Positions 1 to 7,765 of a DNA stretch of 64,000 nucleotides are shown one piece after another. The notes beneath the pieces are model-generated. The model saw only the letters and a program-made list of their open reading frames with translations. It had not been told where the DNA came from and did no database searches. The translations under genes and the position numbers were made by a program. Every line of letters begins with the position of its first letter. The stretch's first letter is position 1. Origin of the DNA: Candidatus Undinarchaeota archaeon (GTDB taxonomy: Archaea; Undinarchaeota; Undinarchaeia; Undinarchaeales; UBA543); NCBI GenBank assembly GCA_964567575.1, contig CAZMMZ010000002.1:26004-90003 (forward strand), given 5' to 3'.

Positions 1-349
1 CTCGAATAAGTTTGATTGTTTTATCAATTGCAATTTTAATGAACTTTGGAGCTTTTGCTCCTGTGCAAACCATCTTACCGGAGCTGAATACAAGTATAGC
101 AGATTTTGGATCTTCTAGTCTTAGAACAAGTCCTGGGAATTGTTCTGGCTCATATTCTGCGCCTGGTAATGAAGCAGCGAGTTTGTCAAGGTCTATTTCT
201 GCATCTACAGAAATAGAAGCCACGACATTTTCAATACGAATTTTCGGCTTAAAACCGCGAACAAGTTTCTTTGGTTTTGGTTTAGCTGATTTTTTTGACT
301 TGCTTGTGGTTTTTGCTTTAGTTTTAGTTGTTTTCTTTTTTAGTGCCAT
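1..349 (-). CDS. tbp: TATA-box binding protein (3' part runs off the window), with a ~30-aa Lys/Thr/Ser/Ala-rich N-terminal extension
   Basis: Manual translation (absent from ORF track): MALKKKTTKTKAKTTSKSKKSAKPKPKKLVRGFKPKIRIENVVAS...AEYEPEQFPGLVLRLEDPKSAILVFSSGKMVCTGAK. IENVVAS, YEPEQFPGL and FSSGKMVCTGAK are TBP signatures. GAGGTG SD precedes the ATG at 349. Confidence 0.95.
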   Translation of the reverse strand, partial: MALKKKTTKTKAKTTSKSKKSAKPKPKKLVRGFKPKIRIENVVASISVDAEIDLDKLAASLPGAEYEPEQFPGLVLRLEDPKSAILVFSSGKMVCTGAKAPKFIKIAIDKTIKLIR

Positions 350-374
350 TTTCCCACCTCGAGAATATTATTCT

Positions 375-429
375 CCTTTATAAATACCCTATAAAGGAAA
401 TTATTATTCATTGAAGCCCTTTATAAAGG
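375..429. promoter_or_regulatory. tbp promoter region with TATA-like inverted repeats
   Basis: CCTTTATA-n7-TATAAAGG at 375-397 and the palindrome CCTTTATAAAGG at 418-429, upstream of tbp. Confidence 0.45.
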
Positions 430-465
430 CTCCGGACATCCTACCTTTCCACTGGAGTTATAATG

Positions 466-1719
466 TTACGTTCCAGCACTGTAATCAGTAGCGTACTTCT
501 TCTGCTCTTCACTCAAAACATCAAGTCCCAATCCCATTGTGTTAAGTTTCAAATCAGCAATTTCCTGATCCTGCTCTTTTGCAATATCATAAACTCTGTT
601 CTCCAGGTCCTTGCCTTTTTCTGCAATGTGGATCATTGTTTTGAATTGGTTAGCAAAGCTCATATCCATAACTTCACTAGGATGGCCTTCAGCTGCTGCC
701 AGATTAACTAATCTTCCTTTAGCAAGCACATAAATTCGTCTTCCATCCGGCATCTTGTACTCTTCATTGTTTGGACGAATCTCCCGTTTGCTTTCAGAAA
801 GTTCTTCCAATTCCGGAATCTTGATTTCGCAGTCGTAGTGACCAGTGTTGCAAACAATTGCTCCGTCTCGCATTGTTTCAAAATGTCTTTTAACAATAAT
901 ATCTTTCATACCAGTTGCAGTAATGAAAATATCTCCAATTTTTGCAGCTTCATCCATTTTCATAACTCTGAAACCTTCAAGAGTTGCTTTCAAAGCCTGT
1001 ATTGGATCAACTTCAGTAACAATAACATTTGCACCAAGTCCTTTTGCGCGCATTGCACATCCTTTTCCGCAGTGACCGTAACCAGCAACTACAAAATTCT
1101 TTCCAGCAATTAGTACAGAAGTTGCTCGAATAATACCGTCAATAGAACTCTGACCAGTTCCGTAAACATTATCAAAATCCCATTTTGTTTCAGCATCATT
1201 TACAGCAATAACTGGGTAGAGCATTTTTCCGTCATCAGCCATTGCTCTCAATCTGTGAACGCCAGTTGTGGTTTCCTCAGAACCACCGAGAATTTCTTTA
1301 GCTAGTTCTGGGTGTTTGTTATGAACTGTGAAAATAAGATCAGCACCATCATCAAGAGTGATTGTTGGTTTTGCAGCAATGCACTGTTCAATACTCCAAT
1401 AAAATCCTTCAGTGTCTTGGCCGTACCATGCGAAAACATCAACATTTTCCTCTTCAGCAAGAGCTGCAGCAACATCATCCTGAGTGCTTAGTGGATTACA
1501 ACCACTCCACACAATTTTAGCGCCAGCATCACGTAAGGTTTTTACAAGAACAGCAGTCTCTTTAGTAACGTGGAGACAGCCAGCAATTGTTTGACCGGCT
1601 AGCGGTTTGGTCTCAGAATACTTTTTTCTGAGAGCCATCATGACAGGCATTCTTGATTCTGCCCAGTCAATTTTTAATCTTCCTTGTTCTGCAAGTTTTG
1701 GGTCTGCTACTTTTGACAT
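466..1719 (-). CDS. ahcY: Adenosylhomocysteinase (SAH hydrolase)
   Basis: Motifs GCLHVTKET, SGCNPLSTQD, LDDGADL, EETTTGVHRL, DNVYGTGQS, GYGHCGKG, NLAAAEGHPSEVMDMSF. Confidence 0.97.
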   Translation of the reverse strand: MSKVADPKLAEQGRLKIDWAESRMPVMMALRKKYSETKPLAGQTIAGCLHVTKETAVLVKTLRDAGAKIVWSGCNPLSTQDDVAAALAEEENVDVFAWYGQDTEGFYWSIEQCIAAKPTITLDDGADLIFTVHNKHPELAKEILGGSEETTTGVHRLRAMADDGKMLYPVIAVNDAETKWDFDNVYGTGQSSIDGIIRATSVLIAGKNFVVAGYGHCGKGCAMRAKGLGANVIVTEVDPIQALKATLEGFRVMKMDEAAKIGDIFITATGMKDIIVKRHFETMRDGAIVCNTGHYDCEIKIPELEELSESKREIRPNNEEYKMPDGRRIYVLAKGRLVNLAAAEGHPSEVMDMSFANQFKTMIHIAEKGKDLENRVYDIAKEQDQEIADLKLNTMGLGLDVLSEEQKKYATDYSAGT

Positions 1720-1832
1720 TCTAAATCACTCAAAAATAGGAATTCAAAGCTGTATAAGTAGTTTATGATAAAATATATTGTTTAGTAATATATTTAAAAT
1801 ACTGGCTTTACTTAATTCTTAAGGGGATTACA

Positions 1833-2618
1833 ATGGATTGGGGAATGAAAAACCGACTATCAAAAATAATCAAGCCAGATACTGGCAGGACAGTCATGCT
1901 CGCAATTGATCATGGCTATTTTATGGGTCCAACAACTGGTCTTGAAAAACCATGGGAAACTATCAAGGATCTTGCACCATATGCTGATGTTTTGATGATG
2001 ACACGTGGTGTTTTACGAAACTGTGTGCCACAAGATATTGACAAGCCAATTGTGCTTCGAGTTTCTGGTGGAACCAGCATAATCGGTAAGGAACTTCTTC
2101 ACGAAGGCAAGACAGTTGATATTGAAGATGTTATTCGATTGAATTGCGCAGGCATGGCTTATTCTATAATGGTTGGCAGTGATTTTGAGCGAGATACAAT
2201 TCTTGATCTTGCTAATTACGCAGACCTTGCAGAGCGATACAACATACCGCTTTTAGCAGTAACAGCTGTTGGAAAAGGACTTGAACGCGATGCACGATAT
2301 CTTGGCCTTGCTAGCAGAATTGCAGCAGAACACGGAGCTCATATTGTTAAGACTTATTATTGTGAGGACTTTGAAAAAGTTGTGAATGGATGTCCAGTAC
2401 CAATTGTTATTGCTGGCGGAAAGAAAATCCCAGAAAAGGATGCACTTACAATGGCTTACAATGCAATTCAAAAAGGTGCAATTGGTGTTGATATGGGAAG
2501 AAACATTTTCCAAAGCACTAATCCTGTTGCAATGATACAAGCAGTACGGGCTGTTGTTCATGACAATGCAACACCTGATGAAGCTTACAAGATTTTTGAA
2601 GAAAAATCTCAAAACTAA
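1833..2618 (+). CDS. lsrF: LsrF-type class I aldolase-fold thiolase (3-hydroxy-5-phosphonooxypentane-2,4-dione thiolase family)
   Basis: N-terminus MDWGMKNRL, LAIDHGYFMGPTTGLE, Schiff-base Lys in IVKTYY, GCPVPIVIAGGKK and GVDMGRNIFQS are typical of LsrF. Confidence 0.85.
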   Translation: MDWGMKNRLSKIIKPDTGRTVMLAIDHGYFMGPTTGLEKPWETIKDLAPYADVLMMTRGVLRNCVPQDIDKPIVLRVSGGTSIIGKELLHEGKTVDIEDVIRLNCAGMAYSIMVGSDFERDTILDLANYADLAERYNIPLLAVTAVGKGLERDARYLGLASRIAAEHGAHIVKTYYCEDFEKVVNGCPVPIVIAGGKKIPEKDALTMAYNAIQKGAIGVDMGRNIFQSTNPVAMIQAVRAVVHDNATPDEAYKIFEEKSQN

Positions 2619-2620
2619 AA

Positions 2621-3613
2621 ATGCGTGTAGCAATATATTACAACAATTCTGATGTTCGCATAGAAGAACGTGATATTCCTGAGATTGGTCCAGGCGAAAT
2701 TCTTGTAAAAGCAAAAGCATGTGGCATATGCGGTTCTGATGTAATGGAATGGTATCGCATAAAAAAAGCTCCACTTATTCTTGGTCATGAAATGACTGGT
2801 GTTGTAGAAAAAGTTGGAGAAGGTGTTACAAATTTCAAAGAAGGCGATAGAGTTTTTGTTTCACATCATGTTCCTTGTATGGATTGCAAATATTGCAAAG
2901 ATGAAAATGAAACAGTTTGTGATTCTCTTAGAACAACAAATTTTGCACCCGGTGGGTTTTCAGAATATGTTAAAGTGCCTGAAATAAATGTTAAACACGG
3001 AACATTTTTACTTCCTACTGAAATCTCTTTTGAAGAAGGAACACTTATTGAACCGCTTGCTTGTGTTCTTCGCGGGCAGAGGAAAGCCAATCTAAAAAGT
3101 GGAAATAGTGTTCTTGTAATTGGAAGTGGCGTTGCAGGAATGTTGCATGTCCAAATGGCAAAAGCAAATGGTGCGAGGAAAATAGTTGCAACAGATCGTA
3201 ATGATTACAAACTTGGACTTGTTCAAAAATTCGGAGCAGATGAAGCAAAAAATGCTAGTGAAGAATTAACAGAAAAATTTGATAGAGTTATAATTTGCGC
3301 TGCAGCGCTTCCTGCAATTGAACAAGGTTTCAAATCTGTTGACAAAGGTGGAAACGTACTTCTTTTCGCTCCAACAAAACCCGAAGTTAATGTTTCATTA
3401 CCTGTGTGGGATTTGTGGAAAGATTGTGTAACTGTTACAACTTCTTATGCTGGAGCTCCACGAGATATCAAAGAAGCAATTGAATTAATACGAACAAAGA
3501 AAGTGAATGCATCGGATATGATAACTCACAAGCTTCCGCTTGAAAAAGCGCAAGAAGGATTTAATCTTGCTGCTGGCTCTGGTGAGTCAGTTAAAGTTGT
3601 TTTAGAAATCTAA
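2621..3613 (+). CDS. Zn-dependent medium-chain dehydrogenase (sorbitol/threonine dehydrogenase-like)
   Basis: CGICGSD, GHE, structural Zn CxxCxxCx7C, Rossmann GSGVAG. Starts 2 nt after the lsrF stop. Confidence 0.9.
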   Translation: MRVAIYYNNSDVRIEERDIPEIGPGEILVKAKACGICGSDVMEWYRIKKAPLILGHEMTGVVEKVGEGVTNFKEGDRVFVSHHVPCMDCKYCKDENETVCDSLRTTNFAPGGFSEYVKVPEINVKHGTFLLPTEISFEEGTLIEPLACVLRGQRKANLKSGNSVLVIGSGVAGMLHVQMAKANGARKIVATDRNDYKLGLVQKFGADEAKNASEELTEKFDRVIICAAALPAIEQGFKSVDKGGNVLLFAPTKPEVNVSLPVWDLWKDCVTVTTSYAGAPRDIKEAIELIRTKKVNASDMITHKLPLEKAQEGFNLAAGSGESVKVVLEI

Positions 3614-3659
3614 GTTCTTAGGGAAAAAGCATTAATACCAAAGATAAGATAATTATTGT

Positions 3660-4031
3660 ATGGGTATATACAGAAAATTCAAAACATTTTTTTCAGCTAC
3701 AGATAGACACATTAAAGATGAATTGAATAAGCTTCTTAGTCGTGGTGGAAATATTTTAAGTGCGAATTTTAAATTAATTGATACTCATGGAGATGAACAA
3801 GAATTTTCTTGTAAAGATAATTTTGGGCATAAAATGACAATTACTCTTAATGATGGTGGCTGGGTGCAGAGTGTTAGTGGAAAATTATCAGAAGAGTTTG
3901 TAGAAACCATTATGGAAGCAATGCAACCTCCTGACAATAAAAAATCTGCGCGTAAAGCTAAAGCAGCAGCAGAAAAATTATTTGGTACTCCAGTGTCTAT
4001 GAGGCACAGTGGTCGCAACGCATATGCTTAA
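3660..4031 (+). CDS. Hypothetical protein
   Basis: 123-aa ORF filling the gap, BRE/TATA-like AAAAGCATTAATA upstream; no motif recognised. Confidence 0.6.
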   Translation: MGIYRKFKTFFSATDRHIKDELNKLLSRGGNILSANFKLIDTHGDEQEFSCKDNFGHKMTITLNDGGWVQSVSGKLSEEFVETIMEAMQPPDNKKSARKAKAAAEKLFGTPVSMRHSGRNAYA

Positions 4032-4571
4032 TTATTCTTTCACATCTTCATTATCGTAATGTTGCAGTGAAAGCAAATCATATTTTCCTAATTTTTCTCG
4101 TCCTTTCAAAAAGTCTAGTTCAACAACAAAGCACATTCCAGCAACTACCCCGCCAATCCTCTCAATAAGATTCGCAGTTGCTTTGATTGTCCCACCAGTA
4201 GCAAGAAGATCATCAACAAGCAAAACTTTTTGCCCTTGCTTTATTGTATCTTCATGCATCTCTATTTTGTCCGTTCCATATTCTAATTCGTATTCTTCGA
4301 AAACAGTTTTGCTTGGAAGTTTGCCTGGTTTTCTCACAATTGAAAGTGGCTTGCCAAGTGCATATGCAAGTGCAGCTCCAAAAATAAAACCACGAGCCTC
4401 CACACCAACAATAACATCAATTTCTTTATCTTTGTAATGCTCTGCAAAAGTGTCAATACAATACTTGAAAGCTTCTGGGTTTTCTAGGATAGTTGTAATA
4501 TCATAAAACAAAATCCCTTCTTTTGGGAAGTTTGGTATTTTTCTAATATGGTCGTCAATGTTAAATTCCAT
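4032..4571 (-). CDS. apt: Adenine phosphoribosyltransferase
   Basis: IPNFPKEGILFYDIT, VEARGFIFG, RKPGKLP, YELEYG, PRPP motif LLVDDLLATGGT. Start placed at MEFNIDD. Confidence 0.95.
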   Translation of the reverse strand: MEFNIDDHIRKIPNFPKEGILFYDITTILENPEAFKYCIDTFAEHYKDKEIDVIVGVEARGFIFGAALAYALGKPLSIVRKPGKLPSKTVFEEYELEYGTDKIEMHEDTIKQGQKVLLVDDLLATGGTIKATANLIERIGGVVAGMCFVVELDFLKGREKLGKYDLLSLQHYDNEDVKE

Positions 4572-4621
4572 AAAATGTTTAAAGAGCATGAACTATTTAA
4601 TCTTAACGTGAGGGATTAAAA

Positions 4622-5419
4622 ATGGCAAGTGCAGAAATTGGAATTATTGGTGGAACTGGTGTTTATGATCAGTCTCTTCTAGAAAATGTTGAGCAAGTCA
4701 ACATTGAAACTCCGTATGGGAAGCCATCGGATGTAGCAACAATTGGAGAATTTAAAGGACAAAAAATTGCATTTATTCCACGTCACGGTCCAAAGCATAC
4801 AATCCCTCCTCACATGATAAATTATCGAGCTAATATTCACGCATTCAAAGAGCTTGGTGTCAAGTGGATTCTTGCGCCGCAGGCTGTTGGTTCTCTACAA
4901 GAAAACTATCGACCAGGTGAAATTGTTTTTGCAGATCAATTTATTGACAGGACTTGGGGACGTCCAACAACTTTTTATGACGGTCCTGAAGTTTGTCATA
5001 TTTCTGTTGCTGAGCCATTTTGTTCTGACTTGAGAAAACTTCTTGCAGAAAAAACTAGACAACTTGGTTATGGTATGCATGATTCCGGGACATATGTTTG
5101 CATTCAAGGTCCTCGGTTTTCAACTAAAGCAGAATCCAAAGCATTCCAGCAATGGAATGGTCATATTATTGGTATGACTGCAGTTCCTGAATGCGTTCTT
5201 GCACGAGAAGCTGAGATATGTTATGCATCAATCGGAATGGTTACAGATTATGATGTTTGGAAAGAACATGTTGTAACAATTGAAGCAATTGTCAAAGTAA
5301 TGAAAGAGAATAATGATAAAGTCAAAAATTTAATTGCTGAGATTACGCCAGAGGTTCCAAAACTTCTTGGGGATCGAAAGTGTGAGTGTGCAACTGCATT
5401 AAAAACTGGTTTAATGTAA
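4622..5419 (+). CDS. mtnP: 5'-methylthioadenosine/5'-deoxyadenosine phosphorylase (MTAP family)
   Basis: GIIGGTG, TPYGKPS, PRHG, NYRANI, AVGSL, DQFIDRT, IQGPRFSTKAES, GMT, VTDYD. Confidence 0.93.
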   Translation: MASAEIGIIGGTGVYDQSLLENVEQVNIETPYGKPSDVATIGEFKGQKIAFIPRHGPKHTIPPHMINYRANIHAFKELGVKWILAPQAVGSLQENYRPGEIVFADQFIDRTWGRPTTFYDGPEVCHISVAEPFCSDLRKLLAEKTRQLGYGMHDSGTYVCIQGPRFSTKAESKAFQQWNGHIIGMTAVPECVLAREAEICYASIGMVTDYDVWKEHVVTIEAIVKVMKENNDKVKNLIAEITPEVPKLLGDRKCECATALKTGLM

Positions 5420-5433
5420 TTATTTTTTAAAAG

Positions 5434-5494
5434 TGTGGGTACAGCAGGGAGCTATTGCCCCCTACTGCAAGACGGTAACCGATAAGACGGTTAA
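5434..5494. other. GC-rich structured intergenic element between convergent mtnP and Lrp-domain genes
   Basis: Minus strand folds as AACCG-n6-CGGUU plus GCAGUAGGGGG/CUCCCUGCUGU (11 pairs incl. GU), followed by a U run. Direct repeat AAGACGGT occurs twice. Confidence 0.4.
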
Positions 5495-5500
5495 TATGAA

Positions 5501-5737
5501 TCAAACTTGTGCTGAAATCAGCAAAGTTTGTGTTTTTGTGAAATCAGGTAATTGTCGAATTTGTTCAAGGACTTCATTGCTCAAAGCAGTTTCTGTTTCT
5601 GCATGGACTTTAGCAATAATGTCATACTTTCCAAAAACAACATGAGCCTCTTCTACGCCTGTAATTGCTTTTAGTTTTTGGATCAAACCCTGTTCACTTT
5701 CAGGATTCACCTGACCGAGCAAATATGCACTGATCAT
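5501..5737 (-). CDS. Stand-alone Lrp/AsnC ligand-binding domain protein (no HTH)
   Basis: MISAYLLGQV...GVEEAHVVFGKYDIIAKVHAE...IRQLPDFTKTQTLLI, 78 aa; start reassigned to ATG at 5737. Confidence 0.85.
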   Translation of the reverse strand: MISAYLLGQVNPESEQGLIQKLKAITGVEEAHVVFGKYDIIAKVHAETETALSNEVLEQIRQLPDFTKTQTLLISAQV

Positions 5738-5772
5738 TTTGGTAATAAAACAATAGTCTTGAGAGTATATAA

Positions 5773-6150
5773 ATATACGGTTCATTTGTAGAAGACGGTC
5801 AGAAAGGAACAACAAAAGAATGGACTGACGTAAATGCTGTATTTGTTTGTGCAGAAGAACATGATAAAAAAATCGAAAGAATAGCCGAGAAAACAACTAC
5901 AATTATCAAAAACCATAGCAAGAAAGCAAGATATGACAAAATAGTTATAATTCCTTTTGTTCATTTATCACAAAATGTTGCATCTTCAAAAATTGCATAT
6001 AGTATTCTAAAAGAAATTGAACGAAGACTGCAAACAGAGGGTTTGGATTTTGAAAGATTTCGATTTGGGTGGCACAGGGTCTTAAGATTAAAAATCACTG
6101 GAAAAAACCCATTTCGTTATAAAGAAATAATCGAAATTGATGAAAAATAA
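5773..6150 (+). pseudogene. Free-standing archaeal ThrRS editing-domain-like frame lacking an in-frame ATG/GTG/TTG start
   Basis: Manual translation: ...NAVFVCAEEHD...KIVIIPFVHLSQNVASSKIAYSILKEI...RFGWHRVLRLKITGKNP. Resembles the xPFAHLS and PFGWYK motifs. Frame opens after TAA at 5770-5772. Confidence 0.7.
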
Positions 6151-6204
6151 AAAATTATTACGGTTCCGAAAAGCATTAAAACCAAAAGATCTCCACTAAC
6201 TATA

Positions 6205-6840
6205 ATGAAAACAGAAATTTCGCCGTCAATATTATCAGCTGATTTTAGCAAGCTTGGTGAAGAATTGAAAGCAATAGAAGCTAATGTCGATTCTTGGCAT
6301 TATGATGTAATGGATGGTCATTTTGTTCCAAATATAAGTATAGGGATTCCAGTTTTGAAATCAATACGTAAAATTACAAAGAAACCGATTGTTGCACATT
6401 TAATGATAGAACATCCTGAAGATTATATAGAAAAATTTGCAGAAGCTGGAGCAGATGTTATTGAATTTCATATTGAAACAGCACCAGAACCTGACAAATT
6501 AATTCAGCAAATTCATGACCTTGGGAAAAAAGCAGGAATTGCATTAAACCCAGATACATCCATTGATATGATCTCTTCTTATTTAGACAAGGTTGATATT
6601 GTTTTAATAATGTCGGTGCATCCTGGTTTTGGTGGACAGGAATTCATTGATGTAACTGAAAAAGTAAAAGAATTACGAGCTAAATATAAAGGTATTATTG
6701 AAATTGATGGTGGGATAAATAATGAAACAGCAAAGATAGTAAAAGATGCTGGGGCAAACAGCTTAGTTTCAGGATCTTATATTTTCCACTCAGAAAATCC
6801 TCTGAAAACAGTAGAGGAGCTACGAAAGCTCCTCAAATAA
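6205..6840 (+). CDS. rpe: Ribulose-phosphate 3-epimerase
   Basis: ISPSILSADF, HYDVMDGHFVPNIS, AHLMI, MSVHPGFGGQ, EIDGGIN, VSGSYIF. Confidence 0.96.
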   Translation: MKTEISPSILSADFSKLGEELKAIEANVDSWHYDVMDGHFVPNISIGIPVLKSIRKITKKPIVAHLMIEHPEDYIEKFAEAGADVIEFHIETAPEPDKLIQQIHDLGKKAGIALNPDTSIDMISSYLDKVDIVLIMSVHPGFGGQEFIDVTEKVKELRAKYKGIIEIDGGINNETAKIVKDAGANSLVSGSYIFHSENPLKTVEELRKLLK

Positions 6841-6842
6841 AA

Positions 6843-7715
6843 TTATCTAAAAATTTTATCAAGTTTTATATCAAAGAAACAAATTTTCCCAGCGTTTGGA
6901 TAATTATAATCAACAATAATATTTTCCTCATCTGCGTTTGTAACTACCCCGCCAATAATATTTCCATTCTCATTTTTTCTTATAGTTGCTCCAAGTTCTG
7001 GTTGATGTTTAATAATAATTCTAGATTCTGTGATGTTAAGAACTTTAATTGGCCACCAAACAAGCAACGGATTATAATAAAAGGAATCCAAAACAGGCAG
7101 TTGCTCTAACCGTGCTTCTCCAAAATCTCGATTAACATCTGTCACTTTGAAGAACCACATCTTATTTTTTATTGTGATTGTATTTCCTATTTGTATATTA
7201 TCATCTGTTAAAGATTCTAATTCTTCTAAGTTCATGTCAATATATTTCTTAATATCATAAACAGCCGGCATTACTTCAAGTTTTTCAGTTAAATGTTCAC
7301 CAAAACAATATCGTGATTCAACTTTTTCTCCTTTAAGTTCTGATCCTTCTTTCATACCATAAACATTACTTTCAAGACCTTTCATAACTTGATTTTCTCC
7401 CAAAACAAATTCAATTGTATCTGTACCAAAATTTTCCCCATCTTCAAATGAACCACTATATGTAACTCTAACTTTATCTCCTATTTCCGCTACTGGAGAA
7501 CGTAGTAATGCAAATGCAAAAACAGCTCCTAAAAGAACAATAAAAATTACTGTGATATAAAGATAAGGAAATTTTTTCTTTTTCTCTTGAATTTTTTTCT
7601 TTAAATTAGAACCTGCTATTTTTTCAATAACTTGGCTTATATCCTTCTCAATTTTAATTGCAAGATCTTTGTTTTTTGTAGAGGATTTTTTCTCCGAAGA
7701 TTTCTTCTTTGCCAT
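6843..7715 (-). CDS. Membrane-anchored FKBP-type peptidyl-prolyl isomerase
   Basis: N-terminal TM; GDKVRVTYSGSFEDGENF, FVLGENQVMKGLE, VDYNYPNAGKICFFDIKL with a large insert. Confidence 0.75.
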   Translation of the reverse strand: MAKKKSSEKKSSTKNKDLAIKIEKDISQVIEKIAGSNLKKKIQEKKKKFPYLYITVIFIVLLGAVFAFALLRSPVAEIGDKVRVTYSGSFEDGENFGTDTIEFVLGENQVMKGLESNVYGMKEGSELKGEKVESRYCFGEHLTEKLEVMPAVYDIKKYIDMNLEELESLTDDNIQIGNTITIKNKMWFFKVTDVNRDFGEARLEQLPVLDSFYYNPLLVWWPIKVLNITESRIIIKHQPELGATIRKNENGNIIGGVVTNADEENIIVDYNYPNAGKICFFDIKLDKIFR

Positions 7716-7765
7716 AGTAGAATCGTTAAAACTAATTCGCTTTTAAATATTGTGTATAACTAAAA

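Noticed and set aside
12-383. Track ORF 12-383 (+)
   Set aside because: Antisense shadow of tbp.
1833-2618. AI-2 quorum-sensing catabolism as the role of lsrF
   Set aside because: No lsrK, lsrG, lsrABCD or luxS in the window, and AhcY is the alternative to the Pfs/LuxS route that makes AI-2. Scavenging via genes elsewhere cannot be fully excluded.
5434-5494. SAM/SAH riboswitch, SECIS or H/ACA RNA
   Set aside because: It lies between convergent gene ends and lacks the core consensus of those families; kept only as an unassigned structure.
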